From Sandaracinaceae bacterium (GTDB taxonomy: Bacteria; Myxococcota_A; Polyangia; Polyangiales; Sandaracinaceae): a DNA stretch of 39,030 bases. The notes under the pieces were generated by a model that was not told the DNA's origin, ran no database searches, and saw nothing but the letters and a program-made list of their open reading frames with translations. Shown here one piece after another: positions 1 to 8,054 of this stretch (within the stretch, counting starts at the first letter, position 1; each line of letters starts with the position of its first letter). The DNA is taken from positions 9,872 through 48,901 of the forward strand of contig JBGAQA010000046.1 in the NCBI GenBank assembly GCA_044220955.1, read 5' to 3'. The position numbers and the translations under genes were made by a program.

Positions 1-314
1 GCGGGGGGCGGCGCGGCCGACGCTGCGGCGGCCGACGCCGCGGCGACCCGCGACGCCGCGACGGGGACGGCGCCGCCCGCGACGGGCTGCGCGTGTCGGG
101 CGGGCGAGGGAGCCGCGCCGTGGCCGGCCGCGCTCGGCCTCGCGCTCTGCGCGCTGATCGCCGCGCGCGGACGCAGGCTTGGAACGTCGCATCGACGGGC
201 GCGCGCGACGATGCCGACGCGCAGGTGTGCCGCACCATGCCAATCGCCCCGCGGTATGATGGATCCACCGCCAAACGGGGGTGGAACGGCGCTTGCTGCC
301 GAGGACGGAGCCGG

Positions 315-1907
315 ATGCGAGACGACGATCGGACACACTCGGGCTCGCGGGGAGATCCCCGCGGCGCGCTGATCCACCCGGCGTTCCTCGCGGCGCTCGC
401 GCTCCTCGTGCTCAACGACCGCGTGCTCAAGGGCTCCGGGCTCTTGCCCGCCGCGATCACCGGCAAGCTCAGCGACGTCGCCGGCCTGGTGGTGGCGCCC
501 ATCGCGCTCTCGGCGCTCTTCGGCGCCCGCTCGCGCGCTGCGCAACGCGCGGTTCACGTGGTGGTCGCGCTCGCGTTCGCGCTGACCGAGCTCTCGCAGG
601 GCTCGGCGGATCTGCTCGCCACCTTCCTGCGTGCCATCGGCGTGCGAGGCGCGACGCTCGTCGCGGACGCGAGCGACCTCTGGGCGCTCGCGGTCTTGCC
701 GCTCCCGTATGCGCTGCTCGGCGGTGGCCGCGCGCCCGTCTCGCGCGCCGCCCCGCGGGTCTCGCTCGGCCTCGCGCTGCTCGCATGCGCCGCGAGCCCC
801 CAGCCGCCGCCGCCGAGGTGGTTCACGCACGCGTACGTCGTCAACCGCACCGGCACGGCGGCCGACGTCCGGATCGCGTGGACCGCGGCGCGGCCCGACT
901 GCGCCGCGCTCGACACGCCGCTGGCCGGCCAGCCTCCGCTCTCGCGCGTCGTCGACCCGGCCATCTTCGGCGACGCGATCACGTTCCACCTCGATCCGGG
1001 AGAGACGGTGCCCCTCGACGAGACGGCAGCCCGCGCGGCGGTCGGCCCCGTGCGAGGCGCTCCCCGCGACGCGGGCCGACCCGACGCGGCCAGCGCGCGC
1101 GACGCCGGCGGCGCTCCGGCCGCCTCGTCCTCGTGCCAGCTGGTCCTGCTGCGCGCCGACGGAGCCCCGGATCGCATCGTCGTCGTGACCACCGCGAGCG
1201 CGTTCGCGGTGCCGACGAGCGTCGGCGAGCCGCCCTCCCCCGAGCGCGCGGTGCAGCTGCAGGGAGCCGACGGCGTCCTCTCGTGGGCGGTCGGCAGCGC
1301 GTTCCGCAGCGACGACGCGCTCGCCGCCAGCGCGCCCACCACGTGCACGACGACGCGCGCCGAGATGGCGTTCTCCACGTCGTCTCGCAGCGCGGGAGCG
1401 CTCTCGAGGCTCGTCCCGGGCGCCGATGGCTGCGTCGACGTCGAGCTCGACGACGCGACCGGCGTGCCGGCGCACACGTTCGTGTGCGGCGTGCCGCTCG
1501 AGATGTTCCCGTTCGCGAGCGGCGAGGCGCTCGACGTCACGGCCGACGCCGCGCACCTCGCGATCCGGAGCGGCACCGGCAGCACGCTGGAGCTCGCGTC
1601 GTCGCCGACCGGATCGACCTCCGTCGGCGCGACGCGGACCGGCACCACGGACCTCGAGCGCTGCAACGGCGAGCGCGTCGCGTGCGGCGCGTTCGTCGTC
1701 CCGCTCGGGGTCACGCTCACCCCCGCCACGCCGCTCGCGCCGGGCGAGGACCCGCGTGGCGTCGTCACGCACACCGACGGGGCGGCCGTCACGCGCATGC
1801 TCGTCGGCCGCGCCGAGCACGTCCTCTTGGCCATGCCCGGCTGCCCCGGCGGCCGCGACCTCCCCGGCGCGCACACCCAGCTCGCCGTCGCCGCCGATCG
1901 ACCCTAG
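315..1907 (+). CDS. Hypothetical protein: N-terminal multi-pass membrane domain (NDxxLK...TGKLSDVAGL) plus Cys-containing extracytoplasmic region
   Basis: ATG at 315 follows GAGGACGGAG, in frame with ORF 93..1907. Several hydrophobic helices, then LALLAC-AASPQPPPP and a soluble beta-rich region with paired Cys. TATGAT at 255-260 upstream. Confidence 0.75.
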   Translation: MRDDDRTHSGSRGDPRGALIHPAFLAALALLVLNDRVLKGSGLLPAAITGKLSDVAGLVVAPIALSALFGARSRAAQRAVHVVVALAFALTELSQGSADLLATFLRAIGVRGATLVADASDLWALAVLPLPYALLGGGRAPVSRAAPRVSLGLALLACAASPQPPPPRWFTHAYVVNRTGTAADVRIAWTAARPDCAALDTPLAGQPPLSRVVDPAIFGDAITFHLDPGETVPLDETAARAAVGPVRGAPRDAGRPDAASARDAGGAPAASSSCQLVLLRADGAPDRIVVVTTASAFAVPTSVGEPPSPERAVQLQGADGVLSWAVGSAFRSDDALAASAPTTCTTTRAEMAFSTSSRSAGALSRLVPGADGCVDVELDDATGVPAHTFVCGVPLEMFPFASGEALDVTADAAHLAIRSGTGSTLELASSPTGSTSVGATRTGTTDLERCNGERVACGAFVVPLGVTLTPATPLAPGEDPRGVVTHTDGAAVTRMLVGRAEHVLLAMPGCPGGRDLPGAHTQLAVAADRP

Positions 1908-1921
1908 AGGAGACAACGACC

Positions 1922-3487
1922 ATGACGCGTCTTGACCACTTCGCTCCCTGGCTCGCGTGCCTCGCCTCGCTGCTCGCACCCGGCTGCTCGTCCTCCGGCT
2001 CGTCGGCCGAGTCCGCGACGCCGCGACACGGCTCGGTCGGCGTCGGACAGGGCGGCGCGCAGGACATCGCCGAGTTCCGATCGATCCTCGCCGACGGGGC
2101 GGTCCCTGCGCCCGCGACGCTCGACCCCGTCGGGTTCTTCGCCGAGCACGCGCTCGCGCTGCCGCCGGCCGACTGCGGCGACGTCGTCTGCGCGCAGGCC
2201 GCGCTCGCCGTCGCGCGCACGTTCGAGGGGGCGCCGTGGACGATGGCGTTCGTCGCGCTGAACAGCTCCGTCGACCCAGCGGCCCTCACCCGACCCCCGG
2301 TCCACGTCGTGCTCGTCGTCGAGCACACCGCGCGCTTCGCGCCGCTCGCGCCCGCGCTCTTCGACGCGGTGCACCACTTCGCCGTCGCGCTGCGACCCGA
2401 GGATCGCGTCAGCGTGATCGAGGTGGGCCGCGAGGCGCGCCAGCTCGAGCGCGACCTCGCCCCGAACGACCCCGCGCTCGCCGTCGCCGCCACGACGCTG
2501 GCGGCGCCCGGCACCGACGGCGCCGCCGCCACCTACGAGGGCCTCGCGCTCGCCGCGCAGGTGCTCGACGACCCGGCGTGGACGGGCCACCGGCACGTGC
2601 TGATGCTGACGAGCGGCGCGGCCGACGCCGGACTGGCGAGCCCCGATCGCGTGGTCGCGCTCGCGAGCGCCATGCTCGAGAGCGGGACGACGGTCTCCAT
2701 CGTCGGGGGCGGCGCGCCCTACGCCGACGCGCTGCCGATCGCGCTCGGCGAGCTCGGCGGAGGCGCGTACTACTTCGCGGAGAACGGTACCGACCTGACG
2801 AACATCCTCGACCTCGAGGGGCGCACGTCGCTCTTCCCGATCGCGCGTGACTTCACCCTGCGCGTCACCCCCGCGCCCGGCTACACGATCGGCCGTACGT
2901 ACGGCGCGGCGCGCGCGCAGTCGACGAGCGCCGAGGCGACGCTCTCCTCCGCGGTGCTCCTGCTCGGCCAGCGGACGGGCCCCTCCGACGTCGACCACGG
3001 CCGGCGCGGCGGCGGCGGGGGCTTCTTCGTCGAGCTGATCGAGGACCCGGCGGTCCCCTTCGCGGCCGGGAGCCCCGCGTTCGCGGTCGAGATCTCCTAC
3101 GTCGACAGCGCGACCGGGAGCCCGGTCACCCACACCGAGACCATCTCGAACCCGCTGGCGAGCGGGCAGACGCCGACGGGCAACCTGCCCGAGTTCAGCG
3201 ACATGACCGTCGGCAAGGCGTTCATGATGCTGAACATGTACCTCACGCTGCGGACGGCGACGTCCTTCTACGCGGACGGCGACTGTGCGCGCGCGATGGG
3301 CACCATCGACATGATGCGTCAGACCATCGAGTGGTGGCAGGGCTCGCCGCTCGCCGATCCCGACGTGCAGCAGGATTGGATGCTCGTGAACTCGCTGCGC
3401 GACGTGCTCGACATGCAGTGCAGCGCCATGGGAGCGGTCTCACCCGTCCCCCCACGGGGCTTCGGAGGCAGCTGTTTCATCGACTGA
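1922..3487 (+). CDS. VWA-domain lipoprotein (YfbK-like), MIDAS degenerate
   Basis: GAGGAG RBS before ATG 1922. Lipobox LLAPGC then Ser-rich linker. VWA-like segments RPPVHVVLVVEHT, LRPEDRVSVI, TYEGLALA, HVLMLTSG and ELGGGAYYFAE. Confidence 0.8.
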   Translation: MTRLDHFAPWLACLASLLAPGCSSSGSSAESATPRHGSVGVGQGGAQDIAEFRSILADGAVPAPATLDPVGFFAEHALALPPADCGDVVCAQAALAVARTFEGAPWTMAFVALNSSVDPAALTRPPVHVVLVVEHTARFAPLAPALFDAVHHFAVALRPEDRVSVIEVGREARQLERDLAPNDPALAVAATTLAAPGTDGAAATYEGLALAAQVLDDPAWTGHRHVLMLTSGAADAGLASPDRVVALASAMLESGTTVSIVGGGAPYADALPIALGELGGGAYYFAENGTDLTNILDLEGRTSLFPIARDFTLRVTPAPGYTIGRTYGAARAQSTSAEATLSSAVLLLGQRTGPSDVDHGRRGGGGGFFVELIEDPAVPFAAGSPAFAVEISYVDSATGSPVTHTETISNPLASGQTPTGNLPEFSDMTVGKAFMMLNMYLTLRTATSFYADGDCARAMGTIDMMRQTIEWWQGSPLADPDVQQDWMLVNSLRDVLDMQCSAMGAVSPVPPRGFGGSCFID

Positions 3488-3623
3488 CCTCTCGGCGAAG
3501 GGGGCGCTCGCGCGTCCCCTCGCGGGACCGGCAGAGCCGGATCCCGCTCACCCCCGCTCCGTCTCGGCTCGCCACCGCTCGCCTCGCGACGCACACCGGT
3601 CGTCTCGCGCGGCCGCCTCGATC

Positions 3624-4178
3624 ATGCCCGAGGCGGACGTCGATTTCGGGACGGCCGCTGGGCTCGCGCGCGCGCTGGGCGCGTGGCTCTCGCTGGCCTG
3701 CCTGCTCGCAGGCTGCCCGGTCGCGCCGGCGCCGCCGCACGTGGGGCCCGACGGCGCGACCAGCTTCCTCGAGCTCGGGACGGGCGAGTCGGGCTTCGAG
3801 AGCCTGGTCGACGGAGGCGCGATCGAGCTCGTGCACGGCCCGCAGGGCGGCTACCACGTCTGGGCCTCGTGCCGGATCTTCGGCCTCGATCCCGAGGGTC
3901 GCGTCCTGCACTACGTCGTCGCGACGCCCGACGGAGCGGTGCTCGCCGACGCGCCGCTCGCGCTGATGACGCGCTACCTCACGCCCGACCAGGGCGGCTG
4001 GCTCCGCGCGGGCGATCGGGTGATCTTCGGCGGCATCACGGGGCCCGGCGACGTGGTAGGTCGCTCGGTCGTGCTGCGCGTGACGCTCGAGGAGCCGGCG
4101 ACGAGCGGCGACGGCGGTCCGCGCGCGACGCTGGCCCTCGCCGAGCACGCGCTGACGATCGTCGACGCGCTACCCTGA
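3624..4178 (+). CDS. Myxobacterial-type hypothetical lipoprotein
   Basis: Lipobox CLLAGC; conserved-looking ELGTGESGF...ELVHGPQGGYHVW segment; coding-like GC3. Confidence 0.7.
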   Translation: MPEADVDFGTAAGLARALGAWLSLACLLAGCPVAPAPPHVGPDGATSFLELGTGESGFESLVDGGAIELVHGPQGGYHVWASCRIFGLDPEGRVLHYVVATPDGAVLADAPLALMTRYLTPDQGGWLRAGDRVIFGGITGPGDVVGRSVVLRVTLEEPATSGDGGPRATLALAEHALTIVDALP

Positions 4179-4208
4179 GCGGCCACGAGACGCCGAGGCG
4201 GCGACCGT

Positions 4209-4466
4209 TCAGAGCCGGTCGTCCGGCTCGAAGAGGCGCGGGTCGGTGTCCGCCCACACCTCGGGCTCGTGGTGCGCGGTCGCACGCCGCAGATCGACGT
4301 CGCCGCCGCGCGCGTCGAGCGTGTCGACCGTGAGCTCGATCGTGCGATCGCGCAGGCGCACGTGCCCGACGATCGGATGCCCGCCGCGCGTGGGCGGCGG
4401 CGCCTCCCCCGGCGCCGAGCACGCGAGCAGGCCGAGCAGGGTGGTGGCGAGGAGGACGGCGCGCAT
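4209..4466 (-). CDS. Small hypothetical lipoprotein (85 aa), probably leaderless
   Basis: MRAVLLATTLLGLLAC lipobox; TACCTT lies 6 nt upstream of the ATG at 4466. Confidence 0.6.
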   Translation of the reverse strand: MRAVLLATTLLGLLACSAPGEAPPPTRGGHPIVGHVRLRDRTIELTVDTLDARGGDVDLRRATAHHEPEVWADTDPRLFEPDDRL

Positions 4467-4591
4467 GCCGTCAAGGTAAGCGAGAACGAGGCCGCCGAGA
4501 AGCGCCGGCGCCGTCGAGGTCGCCCGCGCCTCCGAGAGCCTCGTGCCCGCGCATACCGACCCTGGACGCCTTCCTCTCCGAGTGCATCGAC

Positions 4592-4807
4592 ATGGCGCAG
4601 GCGTGCGCATACGTGCCCGACGCGATCGTCGGTACGGCCGAGCTGTCCGGCCAGATCGTGAGGGATGGCGGCTCGCTGAGCTTCGACTACAGGTTCTCGG
4701 ACTACGTGGGCCTCGTGGTGCAGGCGACCGGCCCGTTCCCGGTGGCCGATTGCTACCTGACGACGCTCTTCCACGTCGGCTTGGGCGTGAGCGGGTACCT
4801 GCTCTGA
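4592..4807 (+). CDS. Small ORF or gene remnant with amphipathic beta-strand pattern
   Basis: 71 aa with alternating hydrophobic residues (LSFDYRFSDYVGLVVQA, FHVGLGVSGYLL) like the end of a beta-barrel; no signal peptide or clear RBS. Confidence 0.3.
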   Translation: MAQACAYVPDAIVGTAELSGQIVRDGGSLSFDYRFSDYVGLVVQATGPFPVADCYLTTLFHVGLGVSGYLL

Positions 4808-4861
4808 TCGCTCCCGTGCGCTGGGGGATCGTGTCGGCCTCGGAAGACGCCTACGAACCGG

Positions 4862-5160
4862 TCATGGCGCGTCGGTCCCCGTGTCGCGGGCAGGTGGTCC
4901 CGCGTCGCACAGGACGCCCGAGACGTGGACGTGAAGGCGGCTGCCGGCGCAGGTGAGCTGATACGGGCACTGCCAGCACGCCGAGATCCCGTCGCAGGCG
5001 ACGGGCGTGTCGCAGCTCGTTCGGCAGGCGATGCCTGCATCGCCACGGAGCGCGGCGAAGGCCTCGTCGCACGAGTGAACGCCGCCGGCGTCGAGCGCGG
5101 CGTCGCCCCCGCGTTCGACGAACTGGTCTCCCGACAAGCCTCGCCGTCGACCGCGACCAT
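4862..5160 (-). pseudogene. Possible frameshifted Cys-rich secreted protein remnant
   Basis: MVAVDGEACRETSSSNAG (ATG 5160) joins GDAALDAGGVHSCDEAF...CDAGPPARDTGTDAP* if one base is added to the C5 run at 5106-5110. Confidence 0.3.
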
Positions 5161-5204
5161 CGAACCCGATCCCCGAGGCACCCGCGACCTGCGAGCGCCG
5201 CGAG

Positions 5205-5271
5205 CCTCGCCCTCGCCCTCGCCCTCGCCCTCGCCCTCGCCCTCGCCCTCGCCCTCGCCCCTCGCCCCTCG
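5205..5271. repeat. Hexanucleotide microsatellite (CCTCGC)9 plus two degenerate units
   Basis: Nine perfect copies at 5205-5258, followed by CCCTCGC CCCTCG. Confidence 0.95.
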
Positions 5272-5314
5272 AACGCGCGGGTCCACCTTCGCGCCATCGG
5301 TCACGGGCGAGATC

Positions 5315-5545
5315 GTGCTCGGCCTGCCGGAGACGGACGGCGAGATCCTCGCCTGCGCGGGGTGCGGCCGTGTCACGCGCGTCTCGTCGCCGCCGCGCTT
5401 CGGCCTGGTCGCCGGCCTCTGGTGCTCCGAGCACGGGCCGTGCTGCGGCGGCTGCGCCCTCGAGCGCGGGGCGTGGTCGAACGACGACTCGTGCTGCATG
5501 TACCGCGAGGTCGTCGTGGACCGCGACCATCGACCGGATCCCTGA
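5315..5545 (+). CDS. Small Cys-rich putative metal-binding protein (start uncertain)
   Basis: 3' part of ORF 4925..5545: CAGC...WCSEHGPCCGGC...SCCMY, with coding-like codon usage only after the microsatellite; first in-frame GTG at 5315. Confidence 0.45.
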   Translation: MLGLPETDGEILACAGCGRVTRVSSPPRFGLVAGLWCSEHGPCCGGCALERGAWSNDDSCCMYREVVVDRDHRPDP

Positions 5546-5566
5546 ACGGCGACACCACCACGCTGG

Positions 5567-6577
5567 TCACCGGCGCTCTTGGGTGATCTCGGCGCAGCCG
5601 TCCTCGACCGCGAGCGTCGCGAGCGCGCCCTCGATCAGCGTCCACTGCGGCGGCACGTGCCCGACGTCGGCGTCGAAGGCGACGGGCACCGGCAGATCGT
5701 CGAAGAGGCGGTGGAGCGCGTGGACGTACGCGGGCCCGCGCGCCTCGGGCGCCTGCGATCGCCCGAGCACGATCGCCGCGACGCCCTCGAACCACCCCGC
5801 GAGGCGGAGCTGAACGAGCGCGCGCGCTGCTTGTCCGGGCGCGAGCTCGCAGTTCTCGAGGAACACGATGACGCCCTCGTCCGCGTGCTCCCGGACGAAG
5901 CGCGGCACGTCGCCGAAGCGCGTCCCGGCCAGGCTGCTGATCGTGTCGAGGCACCCGCCGACCAGGCGCCCGCGCGCGCGCAGCGGACGGCCGTCGAGCG
6001 TCTGCACGCGCGCGGGCTGATCGAGCTGGAAGGGCGCCTCCGGCCGGCGCTTCCAGTCCACGAACGCCGTCTGGTAGTGCGTCGAGCCGCGCTGCGTGAA
6101 GGGCGCGTCCGAGGACAGCCACGACAGACAGCGCGCGCTGAGGGGGTCGCGCTGGGCGGGCACGAGGTCCATGAGGTTGGGCCCGTGCGCGGAGGCCCAG
6201 CCGAGCTCGAGCAGCATCGGCACGAGCAGCGTGCTGACGTCCGAGTAGCCGAGGATCCACTTCGGGCGGGCCTGGCGCAGCTTCGCGAAGTCCATGCGCG
6301 CGAGCACCTCGATCGCGAGGTCGCCCCCCCAGGGCGGCATGACCGCGTCGAGCTCGTCCGAGAGGAGCGCCCGCATCCAGGCGTCGAGCCGCACCTGCCA
6401 CGGTGCGCTCTCTTCCCCGCGCAGACACGACGACTCGAGGGGCGTGAAGCCGCTCGCGCGCAGCGTCTCCTTCACCAGCTCGAGCCGCGGCGCGAGCGCG
6501 GCGGGGACGGGCGAGCTCGGCGCGACGATGGCGATCTTCGAGCCGGCGCAGAGCGGGCGCGGAAAGCGAGTGTTCAT
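5567..6577 (-). CDS. Peptidase S66 family (LD-carboxypeptidase/MccF-like)
   Basis: KIAIVAPSS, PPWGG, KWILGYSD (catalytic Ser), GRLVGGCLDT, IVFLEN (Glu), DADVGHVPPQWTL (His). Confidence 0.92.
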   Translation of the reverse strand: MNTRFPRPLCAGSKIAIVAPSSPVPAALAPRLELVKETLRASGFTPLESSCLRGEESAPWQVRLDAWMRALLSDELDAVMPPWGGDLAIEVLARMDFAKLRQARPKWILGYSDVSTLLVPMLLELGWASAHGPNLMDLVPAQRDPLSARCLSWLSSDAPFTQRGSTHYQTAFVDWKRRPEAPFQLDQPARVQTLDGRPLRARGRLVGGCLDTISSLAGTRFGDVPRFVREHADEGVIVFLENCELAPGQAARALVQLRLAGWFEGVAAIVLGRSQAPEARGPAYVHALHRLFDDLPVPVAFDADVGHVPPQWTLIEGALATLAVEDGCAEITQERR

Positions 6578-6765
6578 CGCCGCGGAGCTTGTGGCCCGAC
6601 TCGTGAGCGCCGCAAGCGGCGCCCTCGCCCGCGCGCTCGCCCTCGGTGGCGTCCGGGGACCGGCGACTCGCTGCGTCGAGCGGCGCCACCCTGACTCGAC
6701 GAACGCGGCGCTCGAGGATCTGTCGGCGGCTGCCGCGCTCCCGTACCCTCGGCGCGAGCGAGCGC

Positions 6766-7848
6766 ATGGAGCCCCTCGATCACCTGACGGGCGAGATGAG
6801 CGAAACGAGCAGCCTGACGATGCTGCTCGCCTACTCGCTGCTCTACGCGCTCGCAGCCTGCGTCGCGCTCGCCGCCTCCCACGCGGCGAGTCGACGCGCT
6901 CGCGACGCGCAGGCGGCCATCGACGGCGCCCCCTCGCTGCGCGTGGGCGGGGCGCTCGTCCTCGGCGTCGTCGAGACCGAGGGCGACGATCCCGCGATCA
7001 CGATCACGCTGACCGAGGACGGACGCCAGTGGGGCGGCGGCAGCGGCGGGCTCCACCACGAGTGGACCGAGGTCGAGCGCGCATCGAGCGTACGTTCGTT
7101 CCACCTCGTCACCGATCGCAACGAGCGCGTGCGCGTCGAGCCCCCCGCACAGGTGGCGCTCGTCGACCGGTTGCGAGTGGTCGAGCGGCGCGGGACGCGG
7201 CGCGTGCGCGTGGCAGAGCTCACCGAGGGAGAGCGCGCGTCGATCACCGGTCGGCTCCGTCGCGAGACGCCATCGCGGAGAGAGGCAGGCTCGTACCGGA
7301 CAGCGGCCACGGCAGGCGACGCCGGCTGGGTGCTGGACGCCGCGCCGGACGGATCGATGGTGGTCGCGACCGAGTCTCTCGCCGAGCATCACCGCGACTG
7401 GGCGAGGTTCCATCGACGCGCCGCGATCGGCCCGATCGTGCTGCTGCTCGTCGTCAACGCGCTCGCCTACCTGCCGTTCTACGACTTCGTGCTCCACGGC
7501 CAGCGCGTCGTCGGGACCGTCGTACGCCCCGAGCTCTCGTTCAGCTACGACCGCAACGGCAGGCACACTGCCTACCGCGTCCTGGTCTCCCTGCCGGACC
7601 AGCAGGTGTCCCTGCCGGTGTCGCGCGGCGGGTACCTGCTGGCGCGAGAAGGGGCGCCCATCGCGCTGATGCTCACGCCCGGCCGAAGACTGCGGCTCGG
7701 GAGCGAGCCAGGCATCGAGGCGCTCCCGATGGTTCTGCTGCTGATCCCGACACTCACGCTCGCGGTGCTCGTGCTCACCGCCCGCCGGAGCCGGACCGAG
7801 TGGTGGGAGCAACCACGCGTACGGACGCGAGGCAGGGGACCGCTCTGA
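6766..7848 (+). CDS. Membrane protein, GIDE-like beta domain plus DUF3592-like domain
   Basis: ATG 6766 is in frame with ORF 6646..7848. Three TM segments. RVRVAELTEGERASITGRL resembles GIDE-type domains; HGQRVVGTVV...YRVLVSL...GAPIALML resembles DUF3592. Confidence 0.6.
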   Translation: MEPLDHLTGEMSETSSLTMLLAYSLLYALAACVALAASHAASRRARDAQAAIDGAPSLRVGGALVLGVVETEGDDPAITITLTEDGRQWGGGSGGLHHEWTEVERASSVRSFHLVTDRNERVRVEPPAQVALVDRLRVVERRGTRRVRVAELTEGERASITGRLRRETPSRREAGSYRTAATAGDAGWVLDAAPDGSMVVATESLAEHHRDWARFHRRAAIGPIVLLLVVNALAYLPFYDFVLHGQRVVGTVVRPELSFSYDRNGRHTAYRVLVSLPDQQVSLPVSRGGYLLAREGAPIALMLTPGRRLRLGSEPGIEALPMVLLLIPTLTLAVLVLTARRSRTEWWEQPRVRTRGRGPL

Positions 7849-7862
7849 GGCCGCGCGCCGAG

Positions 7863-7905
7863 TCGCCCTCGCCCTCGCCCTCACCCTCACTCGCGCCCTC
7901 GCCCT
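7863..7905. repeat. Degenerate (CCCTCG)n tract in intergenic DNA
   Basis: tcgccctcgccctcgccctcaccctcactcgcgccctcgccct, the same unit as at 5205. Confidence 0.75.
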
Positions 7906-8054
7906 GCCGGGCCCCTCGCCCGGGCATTTCGCGTCGACCGGGAACACGGCCCCCCTCGCGCTTGTCCCTGCGGAAGCCCCTCGCTAAGGTCGGGCCGCTC
8001 TCGCGAGTCCTTTCTGCGCCGCCGTTCGCGCGTCGTGCCGGAGACCTACCGCCC

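Noticed and set aside
1..240. 5' end of a minus-strand gene running off the window
   Set aside because: Low-complexity and open in several frames; frame and start cannot be chosen from the sequence.
281..1921. N-terminal 547 codons of ORF 281..3487
   Set aside because: Off-frame shadow of the 315-1907 gene; RBS and lipobox define the start at 1922.
3470..3487. C-terminal CFID as a CaaX or CFI-box sorting signal for the YhfC-like protease
   Set aside because: Only four residues, 25 kb from the protease, with no prenyltransferase evidence and no downstream CFI-box domain.
4925..5300. SPSPSP or EGEGEG repeat protein through the microsatellite
   Set aside because: A hexamer repeat is open in every frame; the flanking translation lacks coding character, so it is treated as non-coding.
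6294..8054. Apparent 1807-aa ORF (N-terminal extension of the transglutaminase gene)
   Set aside because: The extension is Arg/Ala-rich shadow sequence overlapping two better genes; a clear signal peptide starts at ATG 8055.
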